A stretch of DNA of 64,000 nucleotides from Bacteroidota bacterium (GCA_037141455.1 JBAXCN010000008.1:2232-66231), one strand, 5' to 3'. Counted from the first letter of the stretch, positions 19,181 to 29,638 are shown. Notes: generated from the letters alone by a model not told the origin. Numbers and translations: made by a program.

Positions 19181-19210
19181 TTTGTTTTAAATGAAATAAG
19201 TTTATATTTG
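19181..19210 (+). promoter_or_regulatory. Bacteroidota-type promoter candidate (-33 TTTG / -7 TATATTTG)
   Basis: TTTG at 19181-19184 and TAnnTTTG at 19203-19210 are separated by 18 nt. The motif ends 21 nt upstream of the ATG at 19231. Confidence 0.45.
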
Positions 19211-19230
19211 AATGAATTACAAATAAAATT

Positions 19231-20883
19231 ATGAAGAAAATAGTTATAGTATTCTTATTATTTATTGTTAATAATGCTAATGCTCAAAATCCTTGCGAGT
19301 TTGATAACATTTACCAAGAAACAGTTCGGGATGAAATTGGATGTAAATCGATTATGGTTAACAATAATTTATACTTGACTTCTGTTAAAGGCATTTCAGA
19401 TGGATATATTTATAATAATTTATTTTTAAGACTAACATGTTTATCCAATTGTGGTGAAATAATTTGGAAGAAACAAGTTGATAGTTCATTAGGTCCAATT
19501 GAAAAAAATGTTTATAATCTAAAATTTATTGACATCATTTCTCGCAAAAACAATACAATATTGTTAGTATCAAACTATACCAAAGTAAAAACAAGTATTG
19601 GGGCAGGTTTAAAATTGTTTAATATTGATTTAGCTGGAAATTTAATATGGAAAAAAACCTTTGGCGATACTTTAAGCAATTATAATTTAAATTCAGTAAC
19701 AGAAATAAACTCGAATAGTTATTTGATTGCAGGTCAAAAAAATGGAAAAGCATACTTTTTAATTTGCGATACACTTGCGCAAATAAAAAAGGAGAGTACC
19801 TTTTCAATTGACGCACTTAAAACAAGTTTAATTCAGAAAGTACAAATTATGCCAAATAATACAATCATGTTATTAGGTATGGAAGATACCATTGCTTTTA
19901 TAAAAACAATTGATACTACAGGTAGTTTAATTAATACTATTAATTTACCTACACTAAAATCAAATAAAGTAAACTACATTACTTTTAACCACAATAACTC
20001 AAAGATTATTGCGTTAGGGCTGCCATCTTATATTGCACAATATTCACTAACCGGCAATTTATTGAAAGATACTGTTCTTCCAGATGCTTTGTGGAATCAA
20101 ATTCAAATTTCTAAATCATACATTTCCTCAGCAGCTCATTATAGTTTAGCACCAAACTTAAATTTTTTGAATACCACTAAATATTGGATAAAATTCGATT
20201 CAAATTATAATTTTATTTCAAAAGATAGTTTTAGTTTTCAAACTTATGGAAGCTTTTCTAATATATTTATATTAAATAATAGTATTTATGGAACTGGCAC
20301 ATTAAATGCTTCTGGGGGCCTCGGACATACTTATTATTCAGCAGCCTTAAAAAAAATAAATATATTTAATTATGTAACAAGTATTACCATAACTGGTCAA
20401 TCAACTATCATTTCTAAAAATGGCAGTATTTTATTAACTGCTAATATTTTACCAACTAACACAAATAACAAAACCATACTTTGGAGCATTAACGATACCA
20501 ACTTAGCCACCATAACCCAAACGGGTTTGGTAACTGCCAAGGCCAATGGAACAGTAATAGTAACTGCAACAGCAGCAGATGGTGGAGGAGTAAAAGCTAC
20601 CAAAACAATTATTATAAGCAACCAAACCGTAGGTTTAAATGAAGTAAATTTATATAACCAAATAACAGTTTATCCTAATCCAGTAAGTAATCTGTTAACC
20701 ATTAAAACCATTAACAATTTAACAATTCAACAATTGCAATTACTTGACATAACAGGTAAAATGATTGCTCAGTTTAATAACCAAACCGAAATAGATTTAT
20801 CAGAAATTGCCAATGGCATGTATTTGCTGCAAATACAAACAGAAAATGGCAACTTAATAAAGCAAGTGGTGGTTAATAGGTAG
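19231..20883 (+). CDS. T9SS-sorted secreted protein with Big_2-like Ig domain
   Basis: 550 aa with a signal peptide. It has a Big_2-like segment (ILWSINDTNLATITQTGLVTAKANGTVIVTATAADGGG) and a C-terminal T9SS sorting domain (VYPNPVSNLLTIK...GMYLLQIQTENGNLIKQVVV). Confidence 0.8.
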   Translation: MKKIVIVFLLFIVNNANAQNPCEFDNIYQETVRDEIGCKSIMVNNNLYLTSVKGISDGYIYNNLFLRLTCLSNCGEIIWKKQVDSSLGPIEKNVYNLKFIDIISRKNNTILLVSNYTKVKTSIGAGLKLFNIDLAGNLIWKKTFGDTLSNYNLNSVTEINSNSYLIAGQKNGKAYFLICDTLAQIKKESTFSIDALKTSLIQKVQIMPNNTIMLLGMEDTIAFIKTIDTTGSLINTINLPTLKSNKVNYITFNHNNSKIIALGLPSYIAQYSLTGNLLKDTVLPDALWNQIQISKSYISSAAHYSLAPNLNFLNTTKYWIKFDSNYNFISKDSFSFQTYGSFSNIFILNNSIYGTGTLNASGGLGHTYYSAALKKINIFNYVTSITITGQSTIISKNGSILLTANILPTNTNNKTILWSINDTNLATITQTGLVTAKANGTVIVTATAADGGGVKATKTIIISNQTVGLNEVNLYNQITVYPNPVSNLLTIKTINNLTIQQLQLLDITGKMIAQFNNQTEIDLSEIANGMYLLQIQTENGNLIKQVVVNR

Positions 20884-20905
20884 TAATAAAAGTTAAAGCG
20901 TTTAA

Positions 20906-20978
20906 ATTAAAATAGTTTTTAAAAAATGATTATTAAATAGTGTTTAGTTTTGTTCCACTTGTTTATCTATTTCAAAAT
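20906..20978. repeat. 73-bp direct repeat, copy B (overlaps the intact wzy 3' end)
   Basis: See copy A at 18874-18946. This copy spans the wzy stop codon (20944-20946) and the last ~11 codons. Confidence 0.8.
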
Positions 20979-22167
20979 ATTTTGCATCAATATAAAAACA
21001 AACTAAATAAGTAGTGCAGTAATACATTAAGTTTGGCTCTAATGAATAATGTATTAAAAACAAAATAAATAGAATAAAATTTTTAGATTGTAAACTTCTG
21101 ACTCCTATTTTGTACATAAAGTACAAGGGAATTAAGAATAAAATTCCAAATTGTGTAAAAATGTATAAAAAACCATTGTGCGGTACAGGGTTATCAGTAA
21201 AATTTTTATATCTCGATGCAAAATTAATAATACCAGGGCCATAAATAAAATTATTATCTACTATCAATTCAAAACCTGATATCAAAGATTTTGTCCTTTC
21301 TATATCGCTTCTAGACGATTGAGAAGCATTATTACCAGAAAGATACCTTGCAATAGATGAAGATGGGTTTTGAACTACATAATCTTCAATTTTGTTCCAA
21401 AAAATAATAGTATTTAATATTAAAAATAAAAGAAATGAAATAAACACAATTATTTTTCGCTTATTTATTTCTCTAAAAAATAAATATAAAAAGAAAAAAA
21501 CTAACATAATAATTGTTTGCCTAGAACCCGATAATTCTGTTAAGTATACAGTAAATATTATTAATAAAAAGAGGATAATTTTTTTTAAATAGCTTAAATA
21601 ATTTTTAACCCATTCAATATAAACAATAATTAAAAAAATACACAATAAACCAGAGTATGCATTTGCATCAATAAGAGTTCCAGCAATTCTTGTTAAAGCT
21701 CTTTTTTCAAGATTACCACTTGATAATAGAATAGAAAAAAGGATTGGATTTTTTTCTTCAAAAATGCCTTGTAATGTTAATATAGCAAATGAAGTTAAAC
21801 ATATTGCAATGAACCAAGTTTTTAAATATTTTGAATGTATATATAAATTAAATGTCCAAGAAAAATAAAAGCTATACATCAAAACTCTTATTAAATCGTT
21901 AAAATTTGGTGTTGATTTATTTAAAATCCAATCAACTAAAAGTAAAGGAATAGATGCAATTAAATAAAAAGCAGTATTCCAATTATTTGTTTGGTTTATT
22001 AATTGGTTGATATTAAAACTTTTAATAAAGAACAGAAAACTTAAAATGAAACATAATATAATGACTGAATTACTTGAAACACCAATTACACCAGTGAGTA
22101 AGTAAAGATTATTAATTAAAACAATACCGATTATGAAATTTATAATTTTTTCAAAATTAAACTTCAT
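20944..22167 (-). CDS. O-antigen polymerase/ligase-like membrane protein (Wzy-type)
   Basis: 407 aa with about 10-11 TM helices and one large loop, sitting between wzz and wzx. It overlaps the wzz stop by 11 nt. Confidence 0.55.
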   Translation of the reverse strand: MKFNFEKIINFIIGIVLINNLYLLTGVIGVSSNSVIILCFILSFLFFIKSFNINQLINQTNNWNTAFYLIASIPLLLVDWILNKSTPNFNDLIRVLMYSFYFSWTFNLYIHSKYLKTWFIAICLTSFAILTLQGIFEEKNPILFSILLSSGNLEKRALTRIAGTLIDANAYSGLLCIFLIIVYIEWVKNYLSYLKKIILFLLIIFTVYLTELSGSRQTIIMLVFFFLYLFFREINKRKIIVFISFLLFLILNTIIFWNKIEDYVVQNPSSSIARYLSGNNASQSSRSDIERTKSLISGFELIVDNNFIYGPGIINFASRYKNFTDNPVPHNGFLYIFTQFGILFLIPLYFMYKIGVRSLQSKNFILFILFLIHYSLEPNLMYYCTTYLVCFYIDAKYFEIDKQVEQN

Positions 22168-23224
22168 ATTTTTTTGTAGAACTATTCAAGAAATTAATAA
22201 AAATAAAAACTAACCAAATAAATGAAAATAAAATTATACCTATAATAGAGTAAAATAATTTTGATTTACTTAAATAAATTAATGGCAAAGTAGGAGCATC
22301 TATAACTTGTAAAATTGGCTTTTCTTGATCTAAATTAAACTTGGCTATTTCCTTGTTTTTAATAACTTCGGCATACATCATGCTTAATAATTCATTTTCT
22401 TTTCTTAATCTATTTTGTTTAACTTTACCTTTAAATTTATATACATTCATTGTATTGTCAAATGCCTCAGCAGTTTCATAATCATTTAAAATCATTACTT
22501 TTCTTATCGAATCTTCTCTACTGCACACTAAATTATAATTAGCTTTCAAATTTTTAATTACCGATTCTTCGTAAAATGAACTTAAATTTTTAAATATAGA
22601 TTCAACTAAAAGTTTCGAGATGCTTTCATCTTCATTAATAAAATTAATAATTATAATTCCAGTTGGAGGTAGGTTAACAAAAGAAGTATTTTTCTTTTTA
22701 ACAGGTTCTATTATTAACTTATTCGATTTTAAAAGTATACTTAATAATAAATCAATAACTTTATTCTCCTGATAATTTAAGTTGTCAATGTTTAAATTTT
22801 TAAAGCCTTTAAAATTTTTAATTTCTTTGTCATTTTTAAATTTTGATTCAATATCCCAGTTTATATAAAGTTGGTCAGCAATGGTCGTATTTTTTTTAAG
22901 TAAAACTAAAAGTGACTGACCAAGTATTTTTTTTGTACCTACTAAAAATAATATTTTATCTTCACTTAAATTTAATGAAGATGAACCAAAATTAAATTGG
23001 CTTGCAATTGCAGCTAATGGATTACTTGAAGATGATTTTGATTCATTTAAAACAAAACTTAATTTAGCCTCATAATTAACTTTACTAAAATAGGCGTAAC
23101 CAAAACCTAAAGAAGCGCCACTTACAATTAAAATAATTAAAAATATTTTAAACTTGTAAGAAAATTTTAAAAATTCAAATAATATTTTCTTAAGTTCATT
23201 AAAAGATATTTCTTTTTGTTTCAT
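22157..23224 (-). CDS. chain-length determinant (Wzz-like) protein without kinase domain
   Basis: 355 aa with one TM helix near each end flanking a long soluble, coiled region. It lies directly downstream of wza. No Walker-type BY-kinase motifs were seen. Confidence 0.5.
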   Translation of the reverse strand: MKQKEISFNELKKILFEFLKFSYKFKIFLIILIVSGASLGFGYAYFSKVNYEAKLSFVLNESKSSSSNPLAAIASQFNFGSSSLNLSEDKILFLVGTKKILGQSLLVLLKKNTTIADQLYINWDIESKFKNDKEIKNFKGFKNLNIDNLNYQENKVIDLLLSILLKSNKLIIEPVKKKNTSFVNLPPTGIIIINFINEDESISKLLVESIFKNLSSFYEESVIKNLKANYNLVCSREDSIRKVMILNDYETAEAFDNTMNVYKFKGKVKQNRLRKENELLSMMYAEVIKNKEIAKFNLDQEKPILQVIDAPTLPLIYLSKSKLFYSIIGIILFSFIWLVFIFINFLNSSTKKYEV

Positions 23225-23228
23225 TATT

Positions 23229-25676
23229 TTATTTTTGAATGGTATAAATTAAAAAAACAATAGTAGTAAATGTTGAAGCAATTGCAGTAATTTCAGCAAT
23301 ACTTGTACCTTTTTTAACATCTTTCTTTGGAATTACTATTTCGCTTCCAGGTTTTATTTTAGGGTAAAATTTTATAAATAAAAAAGATTTTGTAGCTTTA
23401 ACTGTTCCATTGGCATAAACCACATAAGCTTTTCTTCGCAAGGCTTTTGAGCTAAACCCTCCAGCATTATTTACAAAACCTTTTAGCCCCGAAGCATTGT
23501 TAACATTAACCCTTACCGGGTATAGCACTTCGCCACTTACTAAAACAGTTTGTTTTTCAAATGGTACTTTTATCAAATCTCCTTCTCTTAATAGTAAATC
23601 GGCTTTTGAACCTGGTTTTTTCAATATTTTAGTAACATCAATTCCCACAATATCATATTCTAACTCGTTTTCTTCTTCTATTTTATCATTTATATCTGCA
23701 GTATCTTTACTTTGTTTTTTTAATGCTTTTAGTTTGTTGAATTGTATTAAGTTTTCCGATTCACTTTTAATTCTTTTTCTTAATAAAATAATTCCATCTA
23801 CCGAGCTTGCTGCAGTTAGTCCACCACTGCGTTTTAATAAGTCTGATATACGCTCAGTGTTTTTTTCTAAAGTGTAAGTTCCTGGGTATAACACTTCACC
23901 TTCAATTGTTACATTTTTCTGTGTTTCATAACCGGGCATTCTGTAAACTGTTATTATGTCAAAAGGCTCTAATTCAAATTTTAAGTTGGGGTTGTCTTTT
24001 AAGTCTTTATCTAAATCAAATTGCTTAATTATTGCTATTTCGGCATTGGTTTTGGTTTTATCTATATCGTATTTTCTTCTCGAAACTTCAACTCTATTAT
24101 ACGATGCATCTTCTTTAAAACCTCCGGCCGCAATAATTAAGTCTTCTATTTTCATGTTTTGAGCAAAAGGAAATAATCCAGGTTTTAATACATGTCCATA
24201 AATGGTAACATTATAACTTTCTTTTAAATCAAGCTTAGAAGCAATTTGAATAATATCTTCGCGTTGTAAAACTATATCTTGCGCTTTACCATTTTTAGCA
24301 TCTTCTAAATTAATAGAAAGCATTGTTAAACTATTGTCTTCTTTTAATCTATAAATTATTGCCCTTGTTAAAAATGCATCTTCTTTTAATCCATCTGCTT
24401 TTGTAATTAATTTTAATATAGTTAATCCATTTTCTAATGCATAAGTTCCTGGTCTAAAAACTGCACCATTAATTTGAACTCTATTTTCAAATCGTGCAAG
24501 TAGTTTATCAATTGTATACACATCACCACTTTTAGGCGTAAATATTCCAAACAACTCTTGTTGAATGTCTGCTACACTTTTTTCTTTAGTTGTGTTTCTA
24601 ATAACTTTAATTTTTTCTTTATAAGCATCATTGGTAAATCCTCCTGCAAAGTTTATGATATCTTTTAAAGTTTCATTTTTATGTACTTCAAAAAAACCAG
24701 TTCTTTTAACTTCACCTTCAATTTCTATTTTGTTTTCATAAGGACTAATTTTTATAATATCTTGGTCTTGAAGTCTTATATTTCCTTTGGCTTCGGCCTT
24801 TAACATAAAATCGTAAATGTCTAAAACAGCTATTGTTTTGTTGTTTCTTATTACTTTTATATTCCTCATCGATCCATTTATATTGGGTCCACCCGAGGCA
24901 TAAAGTGCATTAAATACAGTTGCAAGCGAAGGTAAAGTATAAGTGCCTGGTAAATTTGCTTCACCCACTATTATTACTTTTATACTCCTTATATTTCCTA
25001 AAGTAATGTTAACTTTAGTTTCACCTGTTAATATTCTGTCATACACTTGCGAAAGCGATTTTATTATTCTTATTTTAGCTTGTTCTATAGTTAATCCAGA
25101 AACTTGAACAATTCCAGCTAATGGAATTCTTATATTTCCGTCTGGGCTCACCTTTAAATTCATGCTTTCTTCCGAATAACCATAAATATCAATTAGTAAT
25201 TCATCATCTGGCCCTAATTGGTAATTTTGAGGTGTTGCCATTTTTAAATTTGGCTCAAAGGTTAAGTTTTTGTTGTTAAACAATTCAGCACCATAAATTT
25301 TACTTTTTTCGTAGCTAATTTCTTTTTCTGATTTTTCACCTTTATTAATGGATTTCCTATCTGTTATATTCGAATTTTTCGATTTAAACTTAATATTGTT
25401 TTGTAAATTGTTAATTCTATCTTTTAGTTTATTAAATTCTTCAGTTGGCATATTTCTTCTTTTTGCCTCTATTTCAAGCTGATTAATTGTCAATCCATTG
25501 GCTTGTGTTTTTGTCCAAAAGTCTGCAATTTGCTCGTCAGATAAATCGTCAATTTTTATGGTTGAAATGTTTTGTAAACTTAAAGGTTGTGTTTGGGCTT
25601 TTAATTTAATTGTATTTAAATTACAAATACCAATGACTAAAAAAAATTGAATAAAAAATTTAAAATATTTATGCAT
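23229..25676 (-). CDS. polysaccharide export protein (Wza-like, SLBB repeats)
   Basis: About 815 aa counted from the ATG at 25676; the track's TTG at 25712 looks like an over-extension. It has the Poly_export motif YQLGPDDELLIDIYG and repeated SLBB-like units (GEV..PG.Y). Confidence 0.85.
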   Translation of the reverse strand: MHKYFKFFIQFFLVIGICNLNTIKLKAQTQPLSLQNISTIKIDDLSDEQIADFWTKTQANGLTINQLEIEAKRRNMPTEEFNKLKDRINNLQNNIKFKSKNSNITDRKSINKGEKSEKEISYEKSKIYGAELFNNKNLTFEPNLKMATPQNYQLGPDDELLIDIYGYSEESMNLKVSPDGNIRIPLAGIVQVSGLTIEQAKIRIIKSLSQVYDRILTGETKVNITLGNIRSIKVIIVGEANLPGTYTLPSLATVFNALYASGGPNINGSMRNIKVIRNNKTIAVLDIYDFMLKAEAKGNIRLQDQDIIKISPYENKIEIEGEVKRTGFFEVHKNETLKDIINFAGGFTNDAYKEKIKVIRNTTKEKSVADIQQELFGIFTPKSGDVYTIDKLLARFENRVQINGAVFRPGTYALENGLTILKLITKADGLKEDAFLTRAIIYRLKEDNSLTMLSINLEDAKNGKAQDIVLQREDIIQIASKLDLKESYNVTIYGHVLKPGLFPFAQNMKIEDLIIAAGGFKEDASYNRVEVSRRKYDIDKTKTNAEIAIIKQFDLDKDLKDNPNLKFELEPFDIITVYRMPGYETQKNVTIEGEVLYPGTYTLEKNTERISDLLKRSGGLTAASSVDGIILLRKRIKSESENLIQFNKLKALKKQSKDTADINDKIEEENELEYDIVGIDVTKILKKPGSKADLLLREGDLIKVPFEKQTVLVSGEVLYPVRVNVNNASGLKGFVNNAGGFSSKALRRKAYVVYANGTVKATKSFLFIKFYPKIKPGSEIVIPKKDVKKGTSIAEITAIASTFTTIVFLIYTIQK

Positions 25677-25838
25677 AAAGTTTAAGATCGTGGCTTTAAA
25701 ATAGATTTGCAAAGTAATAATTTATTCTAAAAATATATAAAAGTAAATTTTTGAAGGGTATAAATTATAGTATTGATAACTTGTTTGTACAATAAGGATT
25801 TTATTTAATTATTTTCGTTTTTTGTATTTATACCATTT

Positions 25839-26432
25839 ATGGAAAAAGTTAAGTTAAATGTTTTAGGTTTAAGCAGCGGACAAACCAGCGGTAGTTATAC
25901 CTTAATTTTGGGTGAAGCCAATGGAATTAAACGATTACCAATTGTAATAGGAAGTTTTGAAGCACAAGCAATTGCAATTGAAATAGAAAAAATAGTTCCT
26001 TTTAGACCAATGACTCACGATTTGTTTTTGAGTTTTTTTAAAGAATTTGAAATTGAATTAAAAGAAGTTCAAATTTATAATTTACATGAAGGAGTTTTTC
26101 ATGCTAAATTAATTTGTTCACAATTAGGAATTATTAGGGAAATAGAAGCACGAACTAGTGATAGCATAGCCTTAGCAGTAAGGTTTAAATGTCCTATTTA
26201 TACTTTTGAAGATATTTTGGAAGAGGCTGGAATTATTATAGATGCTGAAGTTGAAGAAGATATTTTTGATGATGATGAAAGTAAAAAAATTAATATTTTA
26301 GCAGTTAAACCAAACGAATTAGGAAATTTAACTTTAGAAAATTTAAATACATTATTAAATGAAGCATTAATTGAAGAAGATTATGTTTTAGCGGCAAAAA
26401 TTAGAGACGAAATAGAAAAAAGAACTAAATAA
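25839..26432 (+). CDS. bifunctional nuclease family protein with C-terminal UVR-like motif
   Basis: 197 aa. The LPIVIGSFEAQAIAIEIE...RPMTHDL core matches DNase/RNase bifunctional nucleases. The C-terminus (DYVLAAKIRDEIEKR) is UVR-like. Confidence 0.7.
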   Translation: MEKVKLNVLGLSSGQTSGSYTLILGEANGIKRLPIVIGSFEAQAIAIEIEKIVPFRPMTHDLFLSFFKEFEIELKEVQIYNLHEGVFHAKLICSQLGIIREIEARTSDSIALAVRFKCPIYTFEDILEEAGIIIDAEVEEDIFDDDESKKINILAVKPNELGNLTLENLNTLLNEALIEEDYVLAAKIRDEIEKRTK

Positions 26433-26449
26433 AACATAATTTAAATACA

Positions 26450-27700
26450 ATGAATATTAAAAACCGCCTTGTTTTAATGAGTTTTCTTCAATTTTTTATT
26501 TGGGGAGCTTGGTTAATTACAGTTGGAAATTACTGGTTTGCCAATAAACAATGGAGCGGTGTTGAATTTGGTGCAATTTTTTCTACCTTAGGCTTATCGT
26601 CTATACTTATGCCTGCTTTAACCGGAATTTTAGCTGATAAATTTATCAATGCAGAAAAACTGTATGGCATTTTACATATTTTAGGTGGGTTGTTTTTGTG
26701 TTTTATTCCAGAAGTTAATTCTCCAACTTTCTTTTTTTGGGTAATTTTCGGTGCTATGCTGTGTTACATGCCCACTATTTCATTGTCTAATTCTATTGCA
26801 TATACCATTTTAAAAAATAACAATTTCGATGTAGTTAAAGTATTTCCACCCGTACGTGTTTGGGGAACCATTGGTTTTATTTTTGCAATGTGGACAACCA
26901 ATATTTCAGGAAATAAAGCTTCATCAAATATGTTTTACATAGCTGCTTTTGCTGCCGTTACTTTAGGTATTTACTCCTTTTTTTTACCCAAATGTCCACC
27001 ACAGAATTTAATTTCTAATAAATCGACATGGATACAAAAACTTGGTTTAAATGCGTTTAAACTTTTTGGTACCTATAAAATTGCATTGTTTTTAATATTT
27101 TCAATGTTTTTAGGTGCAGCTTTGCAGTTAACCAATATGTATGGCGATACTTATTTATCCGATTTTTCTAAAATTCCAGAATACAGCAATTCGTTTGTAG
27201 TTAAATATTCAACTATTGTAATGTCGGTTTCTCAAATTTCGGAAACCTTATTTATTTTAGCAATTCCATTTTTTTTAAAACGATTCGGTATTAAACAAGT
27301 AATGCTAATTTCAATGATTGCTTGGGTTTTGCGTTTTGGATTATTTGCCTTTGGCGATCCTTCGGGTGGTTTATGGATGATTTTTTTATCGTGTATTGTT
27401 TATGGAATGGCGTTCGATTTTTTTAATATTTCAGGTTCTTTATTCATCGAAACTTCAACCGATTCTAATATTCGCTCAAGTGCACAAGGTTTATTTATGA
27501 TGATGACAAATGGTTTTGGTGCTGTGCTTGGTAGTTCTATTAGTGGTTTATTAATTGATAATTATTTTACAGTAAATGGTACCAAAGATTGGTATTCTAT
27601 TTGGATTTCTTTTTCTATTTATGCTTTAATAATTACAATTGCATTTGCAATTTTATTTAAACACAAACACAATCCAAAAGAATTAGAAAATGCTATTTAA
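26450..27700 (+). CDS. nucleoside permease (NupG/XapB-like MFS)
   Basis: 416 aa with 12 TM helices. The N-terminal RLVLMSFLQFFIWGAWLITVGNYW is typical of the nucleoside:H+ symporter family. Confidence 0.7.
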   Translation: MNIKNRLVLMSFLQFFIWGAWLITVGNYWFANKQWSGVEFGAIFSTLGLSSILMPALTGILADKFINAEKLYGILHILGGLFLCFIPEVNSPTFFFWVIFGAMLCYMPTISLSNSIAYTILKNNNFDVVKVFPPVRVWGTIGFIFAMWTTNISGNKASSNMFYIAAFAAVTLGIYSFFLPKCPPQNLISNKSTWIQKLGLNAFKLFGTYKIALFLIFSMFLGAALQLTNMYGDTYLSDFSKIPEYSNSFVVKYSTIVMSVSQISETLFILAIPFFLKRFGIKQVMLISMIAWVLRFGLFAFGDPSGGLWMIFLSCIVYGMAFDFFNISGSLFIETSTDSNIRSSAQGLFMMMTNGFGAVLGSSISGLLIDNYFTVNGTKDWYSIWISFSIYALIITIAFAILFKHKHNPKELENAI

Positions 27701-27704
27701 ATGT

Positions 27705-28178
27705 TTACTTAAAACTTTTTATTACATCCCAAACCAAATCTGTTTCAAAACCTCGGCTTACTAAATATTGAGCTGTTTTGTTTGCTTTTACAAGCACATT
27801 TTTATCTTTTAATTTTTGGTATTTTTCAGTTGCTTCTTTTTTTAAAGTTACCAAATAGTCATCCGCATCAATTTCTTTTATCCCTTGTTGAATGCAATAA
27901 TCAGAAATATGCTTTAATTTAAGTGATTGTTTAATTTTATTTCGGCCCCATTTTTTTATTCTAAATTTACCTCCTGCATAAGCTTTAGCAAACCGCTCTT
28001 CGTTTAAATAATTCTGGTTGATAAGTTCAACTATAATTTGGTCTGCTTTTTCATAATAAACTCCAAGTTCCGCTAATTTGTTTTTAGTTTCTGAGTGGCA
28101 ACGCTCCTGATAAGCGCAATAATGAGCCATTTTTAACAATGCTTGTTCAGGGGTAAGTACTATTTTTTTATCTGTCAT
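27705..28178 (-). CDS. recX: regulatory protein RecX
   Basis: About 157 aa counted from the ATG at 28178. It has the helical-repeat pattern AL.KMAHYCAYQERCHSE...YLNEERFAKAY seen in RecX. Confidence 0.65.
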   Translation of the reverse strand: MTDKKIVLTPEQALLKMAHYCAYQERCHSETKNKLAELGVYYEKADQIIVELINQNYLNEERFAKAYAGGKFRIKKWGRNKIKQSLKLKHISDYCIQQGIKEIDADDYLVTLKKEATEKYQKLKDKNVLVKANKTAQYLVSRGFETDLVWDVIKSFK

Positions 28179-28244
28179 TAATATTACAAAAATAGAATAC
28201 AAATTTCAATTTATATTCAAAATCAAGTATTAGTTTTGAGCGCA

Positions 28245-29489
28245 ATGAATGAAAACCGAAAGTCTTTATTATTATTATTTTTTGCCAATGGAATAAGTGG
28301 TTTTGCTCAAGGGGTAAGTATGCTATCAATTCCTTGGTATTTTGCCAAAAATAACAATAGTTCGGTTTTTAATTATTCGTATGCTTTCCTTACTTTTTTA
28401 ATTATGTTTTTTGGTTTGTATGCGGGTACTTTAGTCGACAAATTTAGCAGGAAAAATAATTTTTTAATTACCTCACTTGTTTGTGGTTTTTTAATATTAG
28501 TTATTTCATTAATTGGGTACTTCAATAATGGTTTAACATCTCCTTTAATTATAATGGTTTTTGGAATTACTATGTTAAATTACAATATACATTATCCTAC
28601 TTTATATGCCTTTGGGCAAGAAATTTCTTTACCCGAACAATACAAATCGGTAAACTCAAACATTGAGATTGTTGGTCAGTCAACTTCTATTTTATCTGGT
28701 GGATTTGCGGCAATGTTGTTAGATGGATTTCAATTTTCAGTTTTCAATTTTTCATTTAGTATTGAGCCTTGGTTCATTCACGATGTATTTTTAATGGATG
28801 CAATAACTTATTTTATAGCTGCTGTTCTAATTTATTTAATTCCTTATGTTCCCATAAATAAAGTAGTTAATTTAAATGAAACGATTATTGAAAGACTTAA
28901 AAAAGGGTTTAATTATTTAAATGAAAATAGAATAATATTTATTTTTGGAATTTGTAGTTACTTAGTTTTTGCTATGTTGTTGGTCGAAATTCATGCGGTT
29001 TTACCCACTTATATTAAAAATCATTTACAAGAAAAAGGAAATGTATTTGCACTGTCTGATACTATTTATGCAATTGGGGCATTGGGAGCGGGTTTTTTTG
29101 TTACAAAAGTTTTTAATAAACTGTCTATTATTAATTCAATTATAGTTTTAACTTTTGTTACGGTTATAATATTTTTTGCTGCCGCAATAACCAAAAGTGT
29201 AATAATTATTTATGTGATTAGTTTAATTTTAGGATTTTGTAATGCAGGTATCAGGGTTTTAAGATTGACTTATATTTTTAAACTAGTTCCTAATAATTTA
29301 ATGGGTAGGGTAGGGAGTATATTTAATTTACTAAACGTTTTAATAAGGAGCTTATTTATATTACTATTTTCTCAATCATTTTTTTCAACAAGTAATAACA
29401 TGGTTTTTGCTTATGCAATCATGTCATTTTTTCTATTATTAGCAGTATTTTTTTTGTTACTCATTCAGAAAAAAATTGCAGTTGATTAA
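28245..29489 (+). CDS. MFS transporter
   Basis: About 414 aa with 12 predicted TM helices. The ATG at 28245 is preferred to the TTG at 28236. Confidence 0.7.
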   Translation: MNENRKSLLLLFFANGISGFAQGVSMLSIPWYFAKNNNSSVFNYSYAFLTFLIMFFGLYAGTLVDKFSRKNNFLITSLVCGFLILVISLIGYFNNGLTSPLIIMVFGITMLNYNIHYPTLYAFGQEISLPEQYKSVNSNIEIVGQSTSILSGGFAAMLLDGFQFSVFNFSFSIEPWFIHDVFLMDAITYFIAAVLIYLIPYVPINKVVNLNETIIERLKKGFNYLNENRIIFIFGICSYLVFAMLLVEIHAVLPTYIKNHLQEKGNVFALSDTIYAIGALGAGFFVTKVFNKLSIINSIIVLTFVTVIIFFAAAITKSVIIIYVISLILGFCNAGIRVLRLTYIFKLVPNNLMGRVGSIFNLLNVLIRSLFILLFSQSFFSTSNNMVFAYAIMSFFLLLAVFFLLLIQKKIAVD

Positions 29490-29638
29490 ACATTGATAAA
29501 AGTAAAAGGTAAAAAATAAAATTTTAAGAATTTTTTTACAAAAAAATATTTTTAAAAATGTATTTTCGTAGAGTTAAAATGTTTGGTATAACATTTGCTT
29601 TATTAAAATTATTAAAAATTAAAAAAAACAAATACACA

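Noticed and set aside
23497-24162. Three plus-strand ORFs (126, 73 and 68 aa) antisense to the wza-like gene
   Set aside because: They are shadow ORFs within a well-supported 815-aa export protein gene.
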